Source of the DNA: Octopus vulgaris
Lineage: Eukaryota
Assembly (NCBI GenBank): GCA_951406725.2
Contig: OX597826.1
Coordinates: forward strand, 59,148,001 to 59,212,000
Direction of reading: 5' to 3'
DNA length: 64,000 nt
The translations under genes were made by a program, and so were the position numbers. Below the pieces are notes generated by a model. The model did not search any database. It was not told the DNA's origin and worked only from the letters and a program-made list of their open reading frames with translations. Below are positions 29,214-41,765 of the stretch, piece by piece. Within the stretch, counting starts at the first letter, position 1; every line of letters begins with the position of its first letter.

Positions 29214-29429
29214 TTATTATTTATCAGATATATTGTGTTAATTTATATATATATGTGTATATATAAATATATATATACAATGTGTATATATATATGTGTG
29301 TGTGCATATGTATAATCTATAAATATCTATAAAGCTGAAATGCGAAATATTTGTTTGATTTCTTGGTTATTTGCCTAATTTTCTGATGGGAACGGTAAAT
29401 GGGGTCAGATTGGCGCCAAAATGTACACG

Positions 29430-29700
29430 GAATTTAAGCTCAGAACGTAACGGCAGAAGAAATACCTATTTCTTTACTACCCACAAGGGGTTAAACACAG
29501 AGAGGACAAAGAAGGACAGACAAACGGATGCATTAAGTCAACTATATCGATCCAGTGCGTATCTGTTACTTAATTTATCGACCCTGAAAGGATGAAAGGC
29601 AAAGTCGACCTCAGTGGAATTTGAACTCAGAACGTAACGGCATACGAAATTCGGCAACGCATTTCGCCCGTCGTGCTAACGTTTCTGCCAGCTCGCCGCC
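29430..29700 (-). mobile_element. SINE family B with a partial second unit
   Basis: Reverse complement of family B; tail fused to the internal GTATTTC site. Confidence 0.9.
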
Positions 29701-30111
29701 TGTATTGTCCCTGCATAGAGATATAAAAGCAAGCCTAAAAAATTATATGTAGATACATGTATGCATGCATAGATACGTAACTAAATGCATGAATAAATGC
29801 ACACACACACACATACAACACGCAAGCATGCACGCACGCACACACACACACACTCTCACACACACGCACACATACACATATACACACATAAGCATATATA
29901 TGCATACATATGCACATATATCCATGCAGCCATATAAATACAGTGGCAGTAGCTTAGTATTAAATACGGTAACTATCCCCCCGTCCATTTCTCTCTCTCT
30001 ACACCCTTTTATGTATCTACCTATACCCCTGTCTGTATCAGTCTGTCTGTTCCACTTCTCTCACTCTCTCTCTCTCGCTCGGTCTCTCTCTCTATATATA
30101 TATATCTATAG

Positions 30112-30162
<51 letters not shown>

Positions 30163-30246
30163 TGTGTATATATGTATACAAATATTCATATATATATATA
30201 TATATTTAAAAAAGGAGATGTGGAACACGAGTTGTGATATATAAAA

Positions 30247-30572
30247 AAAAGGAAATGAAGAAAATGCTGACAAAATAATTTAAGTAAGGGAGAGTGTATT
30301 TAATTAGGTGAAAGTTCTTTACCGGTTGCGCATTTGTTATGCTTATCAAAAGATATTTTTTTAAGAGAGATAGAGTTCCTCTCTGATAGATTTTGTTCTC
30401 TTATCTGACGGATAAGATAAGATAAGAGGAAAAAATCTATCAGAAAGGAACTCTATCTCTCTTAAAAAATATCTTTTGATAAGCATAACAAATGCGCAAC
30501 CGGTAAAGAACTTTCACCTAATTAAATACACTCTCCTTACTTAAATTATTTTGTCAGCATTTTCTTCATTTC

Positions 30573-30577
<5 letters not shown>
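30247..30577. mobile_element. TA-flanked palindromic element with ~160-bp arms, each carrying a variant HHR-like motif
   Basis: 30247-30405 is the near-perfect reverse complement of 30421-30577. + strand 30472-30509 reads TCTT-TTGATAA-GCAT AACAA ATGC-GCAA-CCGG-TA-AAGA; the mirror copy is at 30316-30353. Confidence 0.85.
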
Positions 30578-30616
<39 letters not shown>

Positions 30617-30636
30617 TATAATAGTCTACACTTAAG

Positions 30637-30839
30637 CACAAGAGAATCTACCTTTAACGGGTAGTTTTGCACCCTAGAAGAAGCAGTAATTTGGTAAAGA
30701 AAATTCTAAACCTAGGTATAACCGTAAAGGAAAAAATAACAATGTAAAAGTCTTTATTTTTCATTCCCTTCGAAATTGCTCTTAAATGACTGCTTCTTCT
30801 AGCGTGTAAAACTACCTTTTAAAGGTAGTTTCTCTTGTG
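30637..30839. mobile_element. Inverted-repeat element (~55-bp arms) with a degenerate HHR-like remnant; relative at ~51390-51550 (-)
   Basis: CACAAGAGAATCTACCTTTAA...CTAGAAGAAGCAGT versus ACTGCTTCTTCTAG...AAAGGTAGTTTCTCTTGTG; the spacer begins TTGGTAA-AGAAAATTCT-AAA-CCTAGG-TA. Confidence 0.7.
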
Positions 30840-30950
30840 TATAAATGTACACTATTTTATATGGAGAATATTTTGTCGATTCACATTTTATATATGCTAG
30901 GCCACCGGTGGTGAAATTTCTAAAAATATTCGCTACCCTATGTATTTTAC

Positions 30951-31019
<69 letters not shown>

Positions 31020-31041
31020 GATAGATACATAGATACATAGG

Positions 31042-31089
<48 letters not shown>

Positions 31090-31369
31090 AAGATAGATAT
31101 ATAGATAGAGAGAAATAGAGATGCACAGGAATACATCCTTCACATGGTTTTTATTAGATTTAAAATAATATTTAAATGGGAATTGATATGAGTTGTATTG
31201 AAGCCGTGTTTACAATGTATTATAATCTATTTTAATGAATATATAATTTCTCAACTCAACCCCAGGCAAACACTCAAACTGGCGAGTACAATATTTATAA
31301 ATGTAATAAAATAATAAATTTTAAACTGGAATAGAAATGTAATTTTGCAGCAATCAATCAAACCGAAGA

Positions 31370-31433
31370 TACACACGTACATACATAGATACATACATAC
31401 ATACATACATACTTACATACATACGTACATACA

Positions 31434-31467
<34 letters not shown>

Positions 31468-31705
31468 CATACATACAGCATATATACATACGTACATACG
31501 TACATGCATACATATATACATACATACATGCATACATACATACATACATACTTACATACATACATACATACATACGTACATACGTACATACATACATATA
31601 TACATACATGCATACATACATACATACATACATACATACATACATACATAGATACATACATACATACATACATACATACATACATACGTACGTACGTACA
31701 TACGT
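31370..31705. repeat. (TACA)n compound microsatellite
   Basis: Direct reading. Confidence 0.97.
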
Positions 31706-32324
31706 ACCGACGAACGTACGTATGGAAACTTCCCTAGAAACACGTGAGATCGACAGGCTGTACCTAAGAAGAGATAAAGAAAGGAGCGGCGTGAGATCAG
31801 TGCAGATATTCCGAATGTGGTATATTCTCTATATAGTTAACACTTGCTAAACAACAGCAGCAACAATAGATACATAAATGTAGTACTGAAAAGCGAAGAG
31901 AATAATATCCAACGAGAGAGAGAAAAGAGTAAGGACAAGAAAACAAACCGTTATTCTTCGAATGATCGGCCGTGTGGTAAAGGACCGACAGAATAAGTAC
32001 TAGGCTTACAAAGAATAAGTCCTGGTGTCGATTTACTCAGCTAAAGGTGGTGCTCCAGCATGGTCACAGTCAAATGACTGAAACTAGTAAAAGAGAGTAA
32101 AAGAGTAAAAGAGCAAGATTCTGGTGACTTTACTTTCGATTAAGTTCTGACTTTAAATATGACCGAAGTCACCGTTGCCATTTTTACATTCGATAGGGTA
32201 AGAACGAATCAATCACCAGTTGATGTATTCGTGTATATTGCACCCTATAAGTTTTCCTCGTCTGCTGGTGGTGTGGGAAATAACTATTCCTCACCAACAG
32301 TGGTCAGTGTATTAACTGGCACTC

Positions 32325-32833
32325 TGTTTGTTAGGATGACGTGGGTTCCAGTAGATGCAACCTACGGAACAGCCTGCCCCTGACACGCAAGTGGCTGCGC
32401 ATTCTACAGTAACGTGTAACCATAACGTAGTTCTCAAGGAGATTTAGAGTTCTAAAGTGTGACAAAGGCGGTGAGCTGGCAGAAACGTTAACACACCGGG
32501 TGAAATGCTTAGCGGTCTTTACGTTCTGAGTTCAAATTCCGCCGAGATTGACTTTGCATTTCATCCTTTCGGAGTCGATAAATTAATTAAGTATCAGTTG
32601 CGTACTGATGCCGATCTAATCGGCTGGCCCCTCCCCCAAAATTCTGAGTCTTGTGCCTAGAGTAGAAAAGGATACAGAGTGTGAAAAGGCCGGCCCTTTG
32701 ACTTACAGATACTACTCATTTTTGCTCGCTTAGTGGACTGGAGCAACGTGAAATAAAGTGTCTTGGTCAAAGACACAATGGGCTGGCGGGTATTGAACTC
32801 ACGACCCTAAGATCGTGAGCCAAATACCGTAAG
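32325..32833 (-). mobile_element. Diverged family A-related SINE with a family B SINE (+, ~32467-32670) nested inside
   Basis: Tail type 2 sequence is interrupted at ...AGTGTGACAAAGGC and resumes at AGTGTGAAAAGGC (TSD-like). Confidence 0.75.
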
Positions 32834-33079
32834 CACTAAGCCACGCACCTTCACCCAGGGGAAAGTATAAGAAAGAGATAAATATTGCGAGCTTCAAGTG
32901 AAAACCTTGAATCGATCCACCATGCGGAAATTCGAACGTCGTTATTCATCAGCTTATTTCCTCACCCCCCCCCACACGCGCATACGTACACAGAAACACA
33001 CATATACACACACACACACCCGATGAATTTGTTGTGTTTCTACCATGAGTATTTCAGTTTAACCTTAGGAAGTATCAAC

Positions 33080-33410
33080 TCAATGTGGTGTCAAGTCATC
33101 AAGCAAATCACTAACGCTTGTAAATCTTACGTAATATTCAAGCGTGACACAATCTGTGACACGGTTACGGTTCCAGATATAACCTAGAAAAGTTGAAAAT
33201 TCAAGAATGCCTACAGTCGGGAATCAACTCCACAAAGTTAACCGATTTTAGACATACAATGCATCGCCAATCATTGCCCTACGCCGATCTAACAGAACCT
33301 ATGTTGGGGAAGAGCACAAGAGGTTGTCAAAAACGTTTGTTGATTGACTGTATCAAAGATTGGATTGGAAACAAAAGCCTGACTGTATGCATGCAGCGCA
33401 ACACCGAAGG
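33080..33410 (+). pseudogene. Decayed 3' end of an RTE-clade LINE ORF
   Basis: FRHTMHRQSL...MLGKSTRGCQKRLLIDCIKDWIGNKSL resembles the RTE/BovB C-terminal motif FGH.MRR.SL...G..EGKR.RGRQ..RW.D.IKEW.G.SL; an MWC motif lies upstream. Confidence 0.7.
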
Positions 33411-33439
33411 AAGTGTACACCTTTTCGCTCACGATTATA

Positions 33440-33801
33440 ATCTTTTCTACTCTAGGCACAAGGCCTGAAGTTTTTGGGGAGGGGCCCAGTTGATTAGAAC
33501 AACCATATTATGCAACTGGTAGTTAATTTATTGACCCCTAAAGGATGAAATGCAAAGTCGACCTCGGCGGAATTTTTAACTCAGAACATAAAGACAGACG
33601 AAATGCCTGACAAACAAGGACAGACAAACGGATTAAGTCGATTATATCGACCCCAGTGCGTAACTGTTACTTATTTAATCGACCCCGAAAGGATGAAAGG
33701 CAAAGTCGACCTCGGCGGAATTTGAACTCAGAACTTAACGGCAAACGAAATGCCGCCAGGCATTTCACCCGGAATGCTAACGTTTCTGCCAGCTCGCTGC
33801 C
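33440..33801 (-). mobile_element. SINE family B dimer
   Basis: Two GCAAAGTCGACCTCGGCGGAATTT units. Confidence 0.88.
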
Positions 33802-34407
33802 TTTCGCTGATTATTATAATACTAACTTTATGGGTCTCTGCGAGAGGTAAATGTATTTTATCCATAATGGTAACGAACTATGTTTCAAAAACCATTGCAT
33901 ATCGCTAGGTACCACTGATATTCCACCTTGTCAACAGGAAACCATCACTTTACATATTTCTCCAGATTTCGTTAAACCGGAAGAATATTAATTTTATTTT
34001 GCTTTAAATATAAAAAAAAAAGCAAAAGCGTTTTCCTCTCTTTCAATACATATTGTTCATTCCTTTCTTCCTTCAAACTGAAATATTTTCTCTCACATCA
34101 AAAATATCTCCTAGATAAAATGATCTTGAAGATATTATTCCGATACGAAAGCTATTCTTAAACTTTTGTTAGTCTAGACAATAAATTAAATATTTATTGA
34201 ATTTTTATGATGTATTAAAATCGAAATAGCCGACTAAAAATATCGTGCAGAGCAATTCAATTGATATTTGTGCAGTGCTATCAAGTCATGAAGCAACCAT
34301 AAGCCATGTGGATAGACTGTTAAACTGTCAACTAAGAGATTGATGGCTCGATTTCACAGCAAAGCAGTTTTGTTTTATCACTCAATTGATAATAATTAGA
34401 TGATATT

Positions 34408-34638
34408 TATTTCTTTACTACCCAAAAGGGGCTAAAAACAGAAGGGACAAAGAAGGACAGACAAACGGATTAAATCGATTACATCGACCCCACTGCGTAA
34501 CTGGTACTTAATTTATTGACCCCGAAAGGATGAGAGGCAAAGTCGACCTCGGCGGAATTTGAACTCAGAACGTAACGGCAGACGAAATACGGCTACGCAT
34601 TTCGCCCGGCGTGCTAACATTTCTGCCAGCTCGCCGCC
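34408..34638 (-). mobile_element. SINE family B, full length
   Basis: 16-bp TSD ATAATTAGATGATATT at 34392-34407 and 34642-34657. Confidence 0.94.
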
Positions 34639-34923
34639 TTGATAATTAGATGATATTAACTTTGTTGATACCAACTTACCTAAGATCCGAAAAGGAATTA
34701 CGATACAAACTTTCTGGGATCTTTACATTTTGACCGACAGATTTTTAAAATAATTTTTGTAACTGAGCACTTTCAAACTTCGGACACTGGCAGAATCTGT
34801 CATATAAAACATCTTTTACTCTTAGCATTTTTGAGAAAAGCTTATATTTAGGAAGTTATTTCACGTTAAAGTTGTCGTATTTCGGTAATTTCAACCAAAC
34901 AATGCTATGCATTCAGCTGAATA

Positions 34924-35172
34924 AAATTACTGCCGTTGTTTGTCAACAACAACAATCGGCGGTTTATTTTTCGTTTGTCACTGTTATTTATGACAACGTT
35001 CGCGCGTTTGTACTGGGTTTAGCTTTAAAGTTTTAGGGTTAGGATTTTAGGGTTAGAGTTAAGGTTTTAGGGTTAGGGTTAAGGTTTTAGGGTTAGGGTT
35101 GTCATAAATAACGGTGACAAACGAAATATTCACCGCCGGAAGTTCTTGTTGACAAACAACAGCAGTAATTTT
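34924..35172. mobile_element. Fold-back element core: ~75-bp inverted arms around degenerate telomere-like (TTAGGG)n
   Basis: AAAATTACTGCCGTTGTTTGTCAACAA...TTCGTTTGTCACTGTTATTTATGACAAC versus GTTGTCATAAATAACGGTGACAAACGAA...TTGTTGACAAACAACAGCAGTAATTTT; TTAGGG variants at ~35030-35100. Confidence 0.8.
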
Positions 35173-35208
35173 GACGTCGATGTTACTTAGCTTAATAATG
35201 TTAACTTA

Positions 35209-35238
35209 ATCCGGAGCAAAGCCGGGTTATACTGCTAG
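35209..35238 (+). mobile_element. Helitron 3'-end remnant
   Basis: ATCCGGAGCAAAGCCGGGTTATACTGCTAG|T closely matches the 3' end at 59036-59064. Confidence 0.65.
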
Positions 35239-35540
35239 TTCTTTTATAATTTCGGCTTAGAGTAGAAACGAATTCTTTACAATTTTTACAAAAGGCTAGC
35301 AGTTTTCAAGGGAGTGGCTAAGTCGATTACATCGACTCCAGTACTTTACTGGTTCTTATTTATCAACCCCCGCAGAATGAAAGGAAACGTTGAACCCAGC
35401 GGAATTTTGCACTGCGAACGGAAAGAGCTGGACAGCATGCCGAATGACCTATCCTTGTTTTCTTTGTATCGTCTGTCTGGATTTTTTGTTGTCCCTTTTT
35501 GGTACCCATGCCTGGAGGTTTTGCGTTCTTGTCCCATTTT

Positions 35541-35616
<76 letters not shown>

Positions 35617-35750
35617 ACTTATAAACAAGGGCAAAAGAAAAATTATTTCTATGTCAATATGGTGAGAACAGATTTTAAATCGTCAATTTCCACATTTCAT
35701 TATACATTCACTATAAATACACGTCGTGCTGCAATATATATGTATATCTA

Positions 35751-35825
<75 letters not shown>

Positions 35826-36726
35826 CATACACATACAGATGTATATGTGTACACATACAAATATACACACGTGTGTGTGTGGGTGCGATCGCGTATGTGT
35901 ATAAACACACACGCGTAACACACACACAAATTGTTGTTGCTGTGTACGCTTGTGTGAATTTTTAATTCGAGTAACTCTTAGTAATCAGTGTCTTCCGTCC
36001 GGCTATCATCGGCCCGTTCAATGGATTAGTCTTTCGTAAATACCTATTTCTTGTTAATACCGCACTACACACACACACACACACACGCACACACATGGTG
36101 TGTGTGTGTGATCTATTGTTATGTGCAAACTCGTTTCTGTACATAGAATAACATTTTATCTTTAGTCATTTCACCAGCAACTATCAATTAAAATATTCTA
36201 TCGATATATTTCTATCACCTCTGGCTTCCTCCTCATTTAATTGAAAAATTTAACTAATATTTCACATATGTAGATATACGCCCATATTCATTCTTCAGCT
36301 ATCACATACACAAACCCGTAGCTACAAACACTGAAACACACACACACACACAGAAATGCACATACAAACCCCCACACATTCTTACATATAATTTTACACA
36401 AACACACTGTGGCCAACACAAAGGTATATGTACTTTTAACACATTCACCTGTGGCTTGTTCGAAATTTTATACATTATCTTCGTAGATGACTAAACTTTT
36501 TTCTCCACAGGCTGAATACTAATAAGACATTAATCACACTGACTTAGACAACACACACTTAGACAAGCAGACACAAGCTCTAGCAATTATAGCCTACCCT
36601 CTTATATATATATGTACGTATATGTCTGTCTGTATGTATGTATCTATGTATGTATGTGTGTATGTGTGTATGTGTGCGTATTATATATGTATGTAATAAT
36701 GTATGTGTGCTTGTATTTATATATGT

Positions 36727-36774
<48 letters not shown>

Positions 36775-36844
36775 GCATTCTTGTATGTATGTATCCATGG
36801 TTGTGTTTGTATACATATATATATATGCATATATATATATATGG

Positions 36845-37032
36845 TTCTGCACGCATTTTTTTCTCTCCTTGTTTCTCTCCGTGTTTCTTTTCTGTGTATC
36901 TTTCTGTTGAAGAGCGTAGGCTCGAAACGTAAAAGACTTGTTTTATTTATATTCCTGAGCGCCATACTAATACAATTGTTTGTTTGTATTCCACCTGCCT
37001 TCTTCTTTTGTTTATTTTCATAAAGCTTCCCG

Positions 37033-37034
<2 letters not shown>
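36845..37034 (+). mobile_element. TA-flanked mini-element with a minimal variant HHR-like motif (36899-36936)
   Basis: TCTTT-CTGTTGA-A-GAGC GTAG GCTC-GAAA-CG-TA-AAAGA; homologous to 60870-61058 and 62686-62924. Confidence 0.75.
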
Positions 37035-37070
<36 letters not shown>

Positions 37071-37072
<2 letters not shown>

Positions 37073-37381
37073 CAATAATAATTCTCTAAAAGGAATATAG
37101 ACAGTAACTGCTCGACAACATAAGGGACTAAAGCCATTTGAATATGGCTAGGGACAGGGCAGGGTGGTGGGGGTGTTACTGTTGCATTTAGCCCCAGGCG
37201 AACATCGACGTCACCAGAAAGGCTCGACACCGTCACGGTGCCCTAAGGTTTAGGGCACCGTGACGGTGTCGAGCCTTTCTGGTGACGTCGATGTTCGCCT
37301 GGGGCTAAATGCAACAGTAACACCCCCACCACCCTGCCCTGTCCCTAGCCATATTCAAATGGCTTTAGTCCCTTATGTTGT
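37071..37381 (-). mobile_element. Second member of the 21731 retrozyme-like family, 5'-truncated before the HHR, with a perfect palindrome of 132-bp arms
   Basis: Same terminus AGCAATAATAATTCTCTAAA next to (TA)n; 37115-37246 is the reverse complement of 37250-37381 with a GGT spacer. Confidence 0.9.
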
Positions 37382-37495
37382 TATATATATATATATATAC
37401 ATAAATACATATATGAATAGACACATATATTTACATTTATGTGTATATATTATGTATATGTATGTATTTACGTATGTTTGTATATATGTATATGT

Positions 37496-37850
37496 GGAGG
37501 CGCAATGGCCCAGTGGTTAATGCAGCGGACTTGCGGTTGTAGGATCACGGTTTCGATTCCCAGACCGGCCGTTGTGAGTGTTTATTGAGCGAAAACACCT
37601 AAAGCTCCACGATGCTCCGGTAGTGGGGTGGTGGTGAACCTTGCTGTAATCTTTGCTGTAATGTTTCTGCTGTACCTGTATTTCAAAGGGCCAGCCTTAT
37701 CACACTCTGTGTCATGTTGAATCCCCGAGAACTACGTTAAGGGTACACGTGTCTGTGGAGTGCTCAGCCACTTGCACGTTAATTTCACGAGCAGGCTGTT
37801 CCGTTGATCGGATCAACTGGAACCCTCGTCGTCGTAACCGACGGAGTGCC
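37496..37850 (+). mobile_element. SINE family A, tail type 2, full length
   Basis: GGAGGCGCAATGGCCCAGTGGTTAA head; tail as in 3795-4192. Confidence 0.92.
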
Positions 37851-37934
37851 AACATACATGTATATATACACATACACATATATATATATATAGAGAGAGA
37901 GAGGTATGCATATATATATTTATATACATATACA

Positions 37935-37997
<63 letters not shown>

Positions 37998-38718
37998 CAT
38001 AGATGCATACGAGCATATGTGTATGTGTTTGTGTTTGTGCGTGTGTATGTGTTTGTGTGTGCGTGTATGCATAGATATATGAAGACACTTTTAAGTAGAA
38101 TCGGGTTGAGCATTCATAGAAATACAGCATTTATTCTATGTAGACAATCGTGTCTCCCGAATAAATTGCGTATATATTTCTATAATATGAACACGACTCT
38201 GCTTACATCAGACTCATTTTCATTAATAATATATGGAAACATGACATGTCATTATCTGTGTTTCGTAAATGAGGAAGTTGTGAGACGGGTTTATTTTTTA
38301 TGTCGTAGGAAGAATATTATCCTTTTTAGTTGCGCTTCTATATCATAAAAATTATAGTTCGAGATCTGATGGGTCTTTATTTTATTTCCAACGTGGCACT
38401 TTACGGAAAAGGAATATTTTCGGCACAATTCCGAAGTGATTATTATTTTTAACAAGAATTCCAGCCTTGCGTTCACTGTATTTATTAGACGTCTCTATTC
38501 TGTAGGTATCGCGGGTTTCCGCCAGTCACTGCTTTCTCAAGCAGCAATATATACATACATACATACATACATACATACATACATACACACACACGCACGC
38601 ACACACATGTACACATACAGGTGAAATAAACAGCTGAGATGCTTTGTCTCACGCAGAAAGTGCAGAAGCCACACAGAGATTTTGCAATCTCATCTAAACC
38701 CATGGAATGTTGGAAACT

Positions 38719-38907
<189 letters not shown>

Positions 38908-38959
38908 TGGGAGCCATCATCAACAACAAATGATGGTTTGACCTCAAGAGAACAATAAA

Positions 38960-40110
38960 AGCAGAAGCGATTAGGTATAGCAAAGCACTAGCCATACATA
39001 GAAGCAGAGTACAGGGTGACCTAGTTAAGAAGCTACATGAGGCGATTAGGAGTGGCATCGCATCCGATGTTTTGGCGGCGCGGTTGACTCTCGACCAACA
39101 TTCAACGCCAAACACGAAGGGTCTGTTGTCAGGGCTAGGATGCGTGCTCTAAGGAAAGAAGGGTTGGAGTTGTACGAGAGGTCCGGGTGGAGCAGGCGCA
39201 ACAGGGCAACAAGCCACCATTCAGTACCTGGTAGATGAACAGGGGCGCGAATTTCTCCAGCCAAGTAAAATGTGTGATGTTTTTCAACAACACTTTGTCC
39301 GACTTTTCGGGAAGAGTGGCGAGCGAGAATGCAGGGTGGACTTCAGTTCCTACATGCACAGCCTGCCACAACTCTCGACAAGAGACGTAGAGTGCTGCGA
39401 ATGTGCTATCACGGCAGCGGAAGTGCAGGACGCGATGGCAGAATGTTCGAGGGACAAATCGCCGGGTTTGAATGGTCTACCCTATGAGCCTTACAGTCGT
39501 ATGCCAGGCTTGTTTGAGATGTCTTGGCAGCAGTGTACTGCAACTGGCAGCAAAACGGGAGCATCTCCGGTTTTGTGAGCTGAGGAACCGTAACATTGCT
39601 GAAGAAAGAGCCAAACAAGGGAGGCGTAATAGTTAACTTTAGGCCCATCATTCCCCTCAATGCAGATTTGAAAATTTTGGCCAAGATGTTAGCCAAGAGG
39701 TTGGCGCTTGTTGTCGAGAAACTGGTCGACAAGGCACAAACCTGCGCCGTGCCTCCATCTGATGCGCTACATCATAGACAGGGAAGTTAAGGAACCTGGC
39801 ATGGATGGGGCCCTGATCAATTTGGATCAATCCAAAGCTTTCGATAGGGTAGACCCCCGATACTTAGAGGCTGTTCTCATAGCGGCTGGTTTCGGTCACG
39901 TTTTCCGCGGCTGGATAGCTGCTTTGTACAGAGGCATCCGTTCGGTAATTCGCTTGAATGGACATCTATCGAAACCTTTCAACACTGCACGTTAGGTCCG
40001 TCAGGTATGACCCCTCTCGTCGCTTCTGTACGTATTGACTCTCGAGCTGCTACTGCGGAAGCTGGCGACGCTGAGGTACATCCCGTGAGAATTGGGATGC
40101 GGGACGAGCG
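38960..40110 (+). pseudogene. Decayed LINE ORF2 fragment (Tx1/L1 clade reverse transcriptase)
   Basis: KSPGLNGLPYE, NFRPIIPLNADLKILAKMLAKRL, LINLDQSKAFDRVD and VRQV*PLSSLLYVLTLELLLRKL (cf. KSPGPDG, YRPISLLN.DYKILAK, LDQEKAFDRV, VRQGCPLSPLLF). Frameshifts and stops; GC-richer than the flanks. Confidence 0.92.
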
Positions 40111-40484
40111 CCTCCTTCCTTGATACCATCTATATGTTTGCTCATAACCTTATTTTTGTTCCATTCTATACAAAAATGTCCGACAAACGGGAACGTGAAA
40201 GTCTGCGTAACAGTTTTTGTGATATTTTTGTTGCTTTTTAATAAAGTATATATATATTTATAAAGAGATCGATTTAATATATTGAATGTTTCAGAAAAGA
40301 ATTTTGAAGGAAATAGATTTCTAGAATATTTTAGAGAGCGTAAGCAATAGGAATTCTACTCTTCCTGAAATAAGTTGCATTCACCATCGATCTGAAACCA
40401 GATCGTGATATCACCAGAAAGGGAATTTTTTACAATTTTCACTGCTATGGACGTCTGAAAGCAATTTATTAGCAATTGTATCTA

Positions 40485-40890
40485 ATTTTGGCACAAGAGC
40501 AGCAATTTTCAAGGGATGAGAAATCGAATACACGGAGCCTATTACATGACCAGTACTTGATTAATCGCAGGTGGAAGGATAAAAGGCAATAGCGACCTCG
40601 GCGAAATTTCAACTCTGAAGGTAGAAAGCCGGAAGAAATTCTGTTAAGCATTCTAACACACTGACGATTCTGTCAGCTCGTTGCCTTAAGATATTGTAAT
40701 AATCTTTACTACTATAGATAGCCACAGGTCGTGAAACTGTTTGGGAGACGGATACATAATTCATCGACCCCTGAAAGGACAAAAGGTAAAGTGGACCTCC
40801 ATGGAATTTGAACTCACACCACGAAGAAGAACGAAATGCCGCCAGGCTTTTTTTTTCCGGTGTGTTAACGATTCAGGTAGCTTGAGACCT
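40485..40890 (-). mobile_element. Two diverged SINE family B copies
   Basis: GACCTCGGCGAAATTTCAACTC and GACCTCCATGGAATTTGAACTC motifs. Confidence 0.7.
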
Positions 40891-41461
40891 TATATTAGCA
40901 ACAATGATGTGCTTTATTTAATCACAGAGACACAGATTTATAAACAAAGGTGAGCGAGATTGGGTAACGTTCATGTGTTAAATTACACACGTTATTAGAA
41001 AGAAGCAGTGCTAAGTAAATAAATTTTCTCGGAATATAACCTTATGGACGTAAGCGACATCTTTAGCGAACCAAAACAGAATCGGTCAACAAATAAGACT
41101 CATGGACATTAAAATGATGTAAGACGAAATGAATGTGTTTGAAAAACGAGACTGTAAAAGTCAAAACGAGATGGTGGACAATGGTAGCCAGGAGCTTACC
41201 TTCTAATACGTGCGATACTTTTACTGACGTAGACTAATAATACAATAATGAAACAATTTTCTCAGTTCTTAATTTGTCCAGACAAACTATCAGCTGTTTA
41301 TGTAAGCGTGTAATTAGAATGAAATGGAGCAAAACATGACATATTACAGATTCTCGCTTTCGCTATCATAGCTTCCTGATGATGTTTATCACGCCAATAC
41401 GTCCTACTAACAAACAACGTAAACTTCGTAATAGAGTATATGCGTGCATATATATAAATAT

Positions 41462-41509
<48 letters not shown>

Positions 41510-41686
41510 GTGTGTGTGTGTGCGTGCAAAATTGTATGTATATTTTTACGTCTGTCTTACTTTTGTTCTCTCTCTCTGTGTCTCTGTGTCTCTGTGTCTC
41601 TCTCTCTTTCTCTCTGTATACATATATATATGTGTTGGTGTGTGTATGTGTCTCTCTTTTCATTTGTCTATCGTTATCTATTTGTA

Positions 41687-41765
<79 letters not shown>

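Noticed and set aside
32905-32960. Minus-strand CTGATGA...GAAT-TTCCGCATGTGGA-TC
   Set aside because: GAAA is mutated, the stem II loop is implausibly short and stem I cannot form.
41370-41440. GCTTC-CTGATGA followed by a TGTTT/AAACA stem
   Set aside because: No GAAA box and no matching stem I partner; not called as an HHR.
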